Shown here: positions 59,450 through 64,000 of the stretch, piece after piece
How positions within the stretch are numbered: the first letter of the stretch is position 1
Layout of the letters: every line of letters begins with the position of its first letter
Assembly (NCBI GenBank): GCA_015231615.1
Contig: JADGBE010000014.1
Location: 3,196-67,195, forward strand
DNA length: 64,000 nucleotides
DNA from: Desulfamplus sp.
GTDB lineage: Bacteria; Desulfobacterota; Desulfobacteria; Desulfobacterales; Desulfobacteraceae
Reading direction: 5' to 3'
Position numbers and translations under genes: made by a program
Notes under the pieces: model-generated
Seen by the model: the letters and a program-made list of their open reading frames with translations, nothing else
Database searches by the model: none
Told to the model about the DNA's origin: nothing

Positions 59450-60808
59450 TTAAACTCTATTTAAGAGCGTTTCAATCTGCTCAACAGGATTATCGTTTGT
59501 GATAAAAAATTGCTCTTTAGTTTTCATGTTCCTTAATACCAAGGCATTATCCTCAATCTCTTTATCGCCTGCAATAAGAACATTTGCGGCATTTAATTTA
59601 TCAGCTCGTTTCATAAGACTCTTAAGACTTCTGCCGCTGTAATCTGTCTCAGTTCTGATACCAGCAATATTTAAAGCTGATGTCCACATATATGAAAGAC
59701 GAATTGCTTTTTCTCCAAGCGGAATAATAAAAATATCTGGCACTTTTGGAGATAAAAAATTCATAAAATCAGACGAAGTATTACTCTGAGAGAGCGTATC
59801 AGTATTACCCTCAGAGATCGTAGCTGAACCATCTTTGCCTTCAACATTTGCACTATTTATCATCTGTGAAACAATCTCAGCAAGCCTATCAAAACCTATT
59901 GCAAAACCTATTCCGTAAGTCTCTGGGCCACCTAACTCTTTTATTAAGGCATCATACCTTCCACCGCCTGCAACTGCACTTTGGGCACCTAATGCTGTTG
60001 TTAGAATTTCAAATGTAGTTCTTGAGTAATAATCAAGACCTCTCACCAATGTTTTATCAACTGTAAATTCTACATTTTGCTCTGTAAGCACACTTTTTAC
60101 AGTCTCAAAATGTTCTTTGCAGTTATCGCAAAGGTGATTAAGAGTTGAAGGGGCATCTTTAAGAGCCTCACGACATTCAGGCACTTTACAATCAAGGGTT
60201 CGCAATGGGTTTTTATCCATACGCCTTAAACAATTCTCGCAAAGATGCTCTTTTTTGCCCTCTAAAAATCCTAAAAGCTCTTTTTGAAAGGTTGGTCTGC
60301 ACTCTTTACACCCAAGTGAATTTATATGAGCTTTTAGTTCAGAAAGCCCGAGACGTTTAAAAAGCTCATTTAAAATCAAGATAAGCTGTGCATCAATATA
60401 AGGTGATTCAATCCCAAACACTTCAGCATTAATTTGATAAAATTGACGGTATCTACCCTTTTGTGGTCTTTCTCGTCTGAACATTGGTCCTATTGTATAG
60501 AGTTTTTGAACAGAGTCAGATGCCCCCATATTGTGCTGTATATATGCTCTGACAACCGATGCAGTTGCCTCTGGTCTTAAAGTTAATTTATCGCCTTTTC
60601 TATCTGGAAAGGTGTACATCTCTTTTTCAACAATATCAGTTGTCTCTCCGATACTGCGGGCAAAGAGTTCAGTCTTTTCCATAATTGGAATACGAATCTC
60701 TTTAAATCCAAAATCTTCAAAGAGCTTTGAGGCTGTCTTTTCAATTGCCTGCCAAATAGCTATATCTTCTGGTAATATGTCCCTAAAACCTCTTATGGTC
60801 TGTATCAT
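59450..60808 (-). CDS. hisS: Histidine-tRNA ligase
   Basis: LRPEATA, RERPQKGRYRQF, LVRGLDYY and GGRYD motifs. Confidence 0.97.
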   Translation of the reverse strand: MIQTIRGFRDILPEDIAIWQAIEKTASKLFEDFGFKEIRIPIMEKTELFARSIGETTDIVEKEMYTFPDRKGDKLTLRPEATASVVRAYIQHNMGASDSVQKLYTIGPMFRRERPQKGRYRQFYQINAEVFGIESPYIDAQLILILNELFKRLGLSELKAHINSLGCKECRPTFQKELLGFLEGKKEHLCENCLRRMDKNPLRTLDCKVPECREALKDAPSTLNHLCDNCKEHFETVKSVLTEQNVEFTVDKTLVRGLDYYSRTTFEILTTALGAQSAVAGGGRYDALIKELGGPETYGIGFAIGFDRLAEIVSQMINSANVEGKDGSATISEGNTDTLSQSNTSSDFMNFLSPKVPDIFIIPLGEKAIRLSYMWTSALNIAGIRTETDYSGRSLKSLMKRADKLNAANVLIAGDKEIEDNALVLRNMKTKEQFFITNDNPVEQIETLLNRV

Positions 60809-61017
60809 TTTTCCTCACCATTTTAAATAAAATTTGCCTTCTTTATAGCGTTGTAATTAAACCGAAGACGATGAAAATAAGACTCTTTTATACTCGGATA
60901 TATGTTTTATAGTCAATGACTAAATCTTATGTATATAGTCTGCTTTAGGCGACCTCTTTTATCTTAAGAATGAGATTTAATTAATCCCTAAACGCCTAAT
61001 TGCAAAAAAAACTGATA

Positions 61018-61043
61018 GTAGAGACCACGGCCAGCGTCTCTGC
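61018..61043. repeat. Degenerate GTAGAGAC REP-like palindrome
   Basis: gtagagaccacggccagcgtctctgc, similar to 18998-19025. Confidence 0.7.
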
Positions 61044-61153
61044 TTATTTCATTGCTAACTAAAGTTAAAATTGCTGTAATTGATATTGAAGATGAGTTTA
61101 ATAAATGGTAAGAACCGCTAACTATTAACAATATAAAAAATCAGGAGAAGAAC

Positions 61154-61945
61154 ATGCAAAACAGAGTAACAACAACTTCGCTTTATAAAATGAAGAAAGA
61201 GGGGAAAAAAATTACCGCATTAACAGCTTATGACTATCCGTTTGCAAGCATGGTTGATGCTGCTGGTATTGATATTATTCTTGTTGGTGATTCTCTTGGA
61301 ATGGTTGTTCAGGGAAAAGAGAATACACTTCCAGTTACAATGGAAGAAATTTTATACCACACTTCAATGGTATCAAGAGCCTGTTCATATTCAATGGTAA
61401 TAGGGGATATGCCATTTATGTCTTATCAAACATCTATTGAAAAGGCTGTTGAAAATGCTGGTAGATTTTTAAAAGAGGCTGGAGCTTCTGCTGTAAAACT
61501 CGAAGGAGGAGCCGCTGTTTGTGATGTAATTAGTGCTATTTCAAGAGCTTCTATTCCTGTTCAAGCTCATATTGGATTAACACCTCAATCAGTCCACCAA
61601 ATGGGTGGTTTTAAGGTGCAACGTGATGAAGATAGGCTTATGGCAGATGCGTTAAAAGTTCAAGAGGCTGGAGCATTTTCTGTTGTGCTTGAAGGAATAC
61701 CATCTCCAATAGCTGCTAAAATTACAAAAACTCTTGAGATTCCAACTATCGGAATTGGAGCTGGTTCTGATTGTGATGGTCAAATTCTTGTTATTCACGA
61801 TATGCTTGGTATTAGCAATAGAACTGTTCCAAAATTTGTTAAAAAATTTGCAGATATTAACTCTTTAGCAAAGCAAGGCTTAAAACAATATATTGATGAA
61901 GTAAGAGGTGGTCTCTTCCCTTCAAAAGAGTATCAATATAAATAG
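61154..61945 (+). CDS. panB: 3-methyl-2-oxobutanoate hydroxymethyltransferase
   Basis: TAYD, LVGDSLG, VKLEGG and HIGLTPQ motifs. Confidence 0.97.
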   Translation: MQNRVTTTSLYKMKKEGKKITALTAYDYPFASMVDAAGIDIILVGDSLGMVVQGKENTLPVTMEEILYHTSMVSRACSYSMVIGDMPFMSYQTSIEKAVENAGRFLKEAGASAVKLEGGAAVCDVISAISRASIPVQAHIGLTPQSVHQMGGFKVQRDEDRLMADALKVQEAGAFSVVLEGIPSPIAAKITKTLEIPTIGIGAGSDCDGQILVIHDMLGISNRTVPKFVKKFADINSLAKQGLKQYIDEVRGGLFPSKEYQYK

Positions 61946-62010
61946 GCAAGAAATTAATGGTGAATTGTTGAATATGATAAAGGTAAATTTATAACAAATA
62001 AGGCAACTAT

Positions 62011-62496
62011 ATGACAGAGTTTACCCATATTAACGCAAATGGTAGTGTAAGAATGGTTGATGTTGATGATAAAAATACAACCAAACGCATTGCTGTAGCG
62101 TGCGGTGTAGTTAAGATGAAACCAGATACATTGGAAAATATAACTAACATCACTATCAAAAAAGGCAATGTGCTTGAAACAGCAAGAATTGCTGGAATCA
62201 TGGCAGCCAAAAAAACATCAGACTTAATTCCAATGTGCCACCCATTGAATATAACGCATGTAAGTGTGGATTTTTTTCCTGATCATGTTCAAAGCACTAT
62301 AACAATTGAGGCACAAGCATCTGTTTCTGGAAAGACAGGAGTTGAGATGGAGGCTTTGACCGCTGTTTCTGTAGCAGCTTTAACGATTTATGATATGTGC
62401 AAATCTTATGATAAGGCAATGGTAATCTCTGATATTCACCTTAAAAGCAAATCTGGTGGTAAAAGCGGAGATTATCTTGCAGAGAGATATTTATAG
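62011..62496 (+). CDS. moaC: Cyclic pyranopterin monophosphate synthase
   Basis: MVDV, LIPMCHP, TGVEMEAL and KSGGKSG motifs. Confidence 0.97.
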   Translation: MTEFTHINANGSVRMVDVDDKNTTKRIAVACGVVKMKPDTLENITNITIKKGNVLETARIAGIMAAKKTSDLIPMCHPLNITHVSVDFFPDHVQSTITIEAQASVSGKTGVEMEALTAVSVAALTIYDMCKSYDKAMVISDIHLKSKSGGKSGDYLAERYL

Positions 62497-62529
62497 AAGA
62501 TACCCATAATGAATTATAAAAGATAACCC

Positions 62530-63981
62530 ATGATAAAACAGAACCTAAATAGAACACTATTTCTAAGCAAATCACGATACCTAAGTAGAACGCAATACCT
62601 AAGTAAAACACGATATTTTATATTTACCACACTTATTCTAAGTGCCTGTTTTTTTATAAATGGGTGCAGTCGGGCTGTAGTTGTTCAACAACCAATTAAA
62701 GAGCAAGATAGAACTAAAATAGAGATAAAAGAACAAGTTAAAATAGAGCCGCAGCAAGAAGGGGTTAAACCTTATGGGCCATCTGCATTTAAAAAGCCAA
62801 TTGAATATTTTAACGGTATAACCCCATCTTATCCACTTTATAAACTATCAAAAGAGCAATACCCTGATTTTTCAAAAGATATTCATGGAAAAAAGGGATT
62901 AAAGAGGGCATTAAAGCAAAGCATTATCTACTACGGAAGGATTCCTAAATCGACAAAATTCTATTTTGGTAATGATAAATATGACGCAGCGTTTATGCGT
63001 CTATCTGCAAAGAGGTTTCTTGATTTTTTAGAAACATCTCCATCAGCTTACAAGATTAATAGTTTTATCAATAAGAATTACAGCGTTTATACAACAGTTA
63101 GAAGAGATGATTCGCGATCAAATTTAGATGTAAAAAACAGAGAGATTAATTTATCTGTTTTGTTTACAGGCTATTATGAACCATCATTACAAGGTAGCCT
63201 AATAAAAGAGGGGGATTATATCTATCCTATATACTCAAAGCCTAATAATTTAATAGAAGTTCCAAGAGGTGGATTCTCGGGAAAATATAGAGGTACACCT
63301 GCATCAGGTGCAAGGCGTAACAGTAAAAATGAGTTGATTCCTTACTATACCAGAGCTGAAATTGATTTAATGGGTTCTAAATTTGAAAAATATGCAAAAC
63401 CACTTGCATGGGTAAACAGCAAAATTGACCGTTTCTTTTTAGAAATTCAAGGTTCAGGCAGGGTTGAATTAAAGCAAGGTGGAACGTTAAAGGTTCAATA
63501 TAGTGGAAAAAATGGTCGTCCTTACAGATCAATTGGAAAATATTTAGCTGATAAAGGAGAGATGCTAAAAGAGGATGTTACTATGCAATCTCTTCGTAAA
63601 TGGCTTGACGATAACCCTACAAGAATTGATGAAGTTCTAAATCACAATCCAAGTTTTGTATTTTTCCAAAAAGGAGATGGCGGTCCAGTTGGGTGTCTTG
63701 GAGTTGAAGTAACTCGTATGCGTTCTATTGCAACAGATAAAGCCTTATTACCTAAAGGCTCAATCTGTTTTATGGAGACAACTATTCCAACATGGGCAAG
63801 CCGTGAAGATAACATTGCATGGCAAAACTACTCAGCATTTGTGCTTAATCAAGACACTGGCGGAGCAATTAAAGGTTCTGGAAGAGCGGACTATTTTTTT
63901 GGACATGGAAATTATGCACAACTTGCTGCTGGCTATATGAAACAGATAGGCAGACTATACTTTATTGTTCTAAAAAAATGA
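62530..63981 (+). CDS. mltA: Membrane-bound lytic murein transglycosylase A (lipoprotein)
   Basis: INGC lipobox, TGYYEP, IQGSG and QDTGGAIKG..RAD motifs. Confidence 0.92.
   Translation: MIKQNLNRTLFLSKSRYLSRTQYLSKTRYFIFTTLILSACFFINGCSRAVVVQQPIKEQDRTKIEIKEQVKIEPQQEGVKPYGPSAFKKPIEYFNGITPSYPLYKLSKEQYPDFSKDIHGKKGLKRALKQSIIYYGRIPKSTKFYFGNDKYDAAFMRLSAKRFLDFLETSPSAYKINSFINKNYSVYTTVRRDDSRSNLDVKNREINLSVLFTGYYEPSLQGSLIKEGDYIYPIYSKPNNLIEVPRGGFSGKYRGTPASGARRNSKNELIPYYTRAEIDLMGSKFEKYAKPLAWVNSKIDRFFLEIQGSGRVELKQGGTLKVQYSGKNGRPYRSIGKYLADKGEMLKEDVTMQSLRKWLDDNPTRIDEVLNHNPSFVFFQKGDGGPVGCLGVEVTRMRSIATDKALLPKGSICFMETTIPTWASREDNIAWQNYSAFVLNQDTGGAIKGSGRADYFFGHGNYAQLAAGYMKQIGRLYFIVLKK
62543..62614 (+). repeat. Four imperfect 18-bp tandem repeats at the mltA 5' end
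   Basis: acctaaatagaacactat / ttctaagcaaatcacgat / acctaagtagaacgcaat / acctaagtaaaacacgat. Confidence 0.8.
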
Positions 63982-64000
63982 TTTTGGCCTGTAGCCCATT

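Noticed and set aside
60940-61150. pan RNA motif or riboswitch upstream of panB
   Set aside because: Only a TTAGGCG/CGCCTAA pairing and a decayed REP are visible; a cmscan would be needed.
59-63940. Many 60-150 aa ORFs overlapping or antisense to the long genes
   Set aside because: Shadow ORFs with no recognisable motifs.
1-64000. tRNA, rRNA, transposase, integrase or prophage genes
   Set aside because: None recognised by eye; the enzymes for the non-autonomous elements must lie elsewhere or be lost.

Overview
AT-rich chromosomal window from an anaerobic deltaproteobacterium. The gene content (ahbB, aor, acs/prpE, a dual-CxxC selenoprotein) suggests Desulfobacterales; this is an inference. 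It is mostly core and catabolic genes: uvrB (5'-partial), acs, prpE, an SCP2-like/Fe-ADH/AOR operon, two acyl-CoA dehydrogenases, purB, ihfA, ftsB, argJ, uup, htrA, MBOAT+SGNH, minCDE, hisS-aspS, panB, moaC and mltA, plus two hicBA loci. No rRNA, tRNA, CRISPR array, transposase or integrase was seen. Main findings: (1) a 754-bp non-autonomous element (44727-45480) with IS5-like terminal inverted repeats and a TTA target duplication, carrying an attI-like site and one complete integron gene cassette with an unusually short attC; (2) a 62-aa dual-CxxC selenoprotein with an in-frame UGA and an fdhF-like SECIS, missed by the ORF track; (3) a long KamA-family radical SAM enzyme with glutamate 2,3-aminomutase signature residues next to an SLC12-like transporter; (4) several families of small palindromic/MITE repeats, one copy of which has been absorbed in frame into a protein; (5) many tandem duplications and hydrophilic insertions in housekeeping proteins. 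All coordinates and alignments were read by eye.
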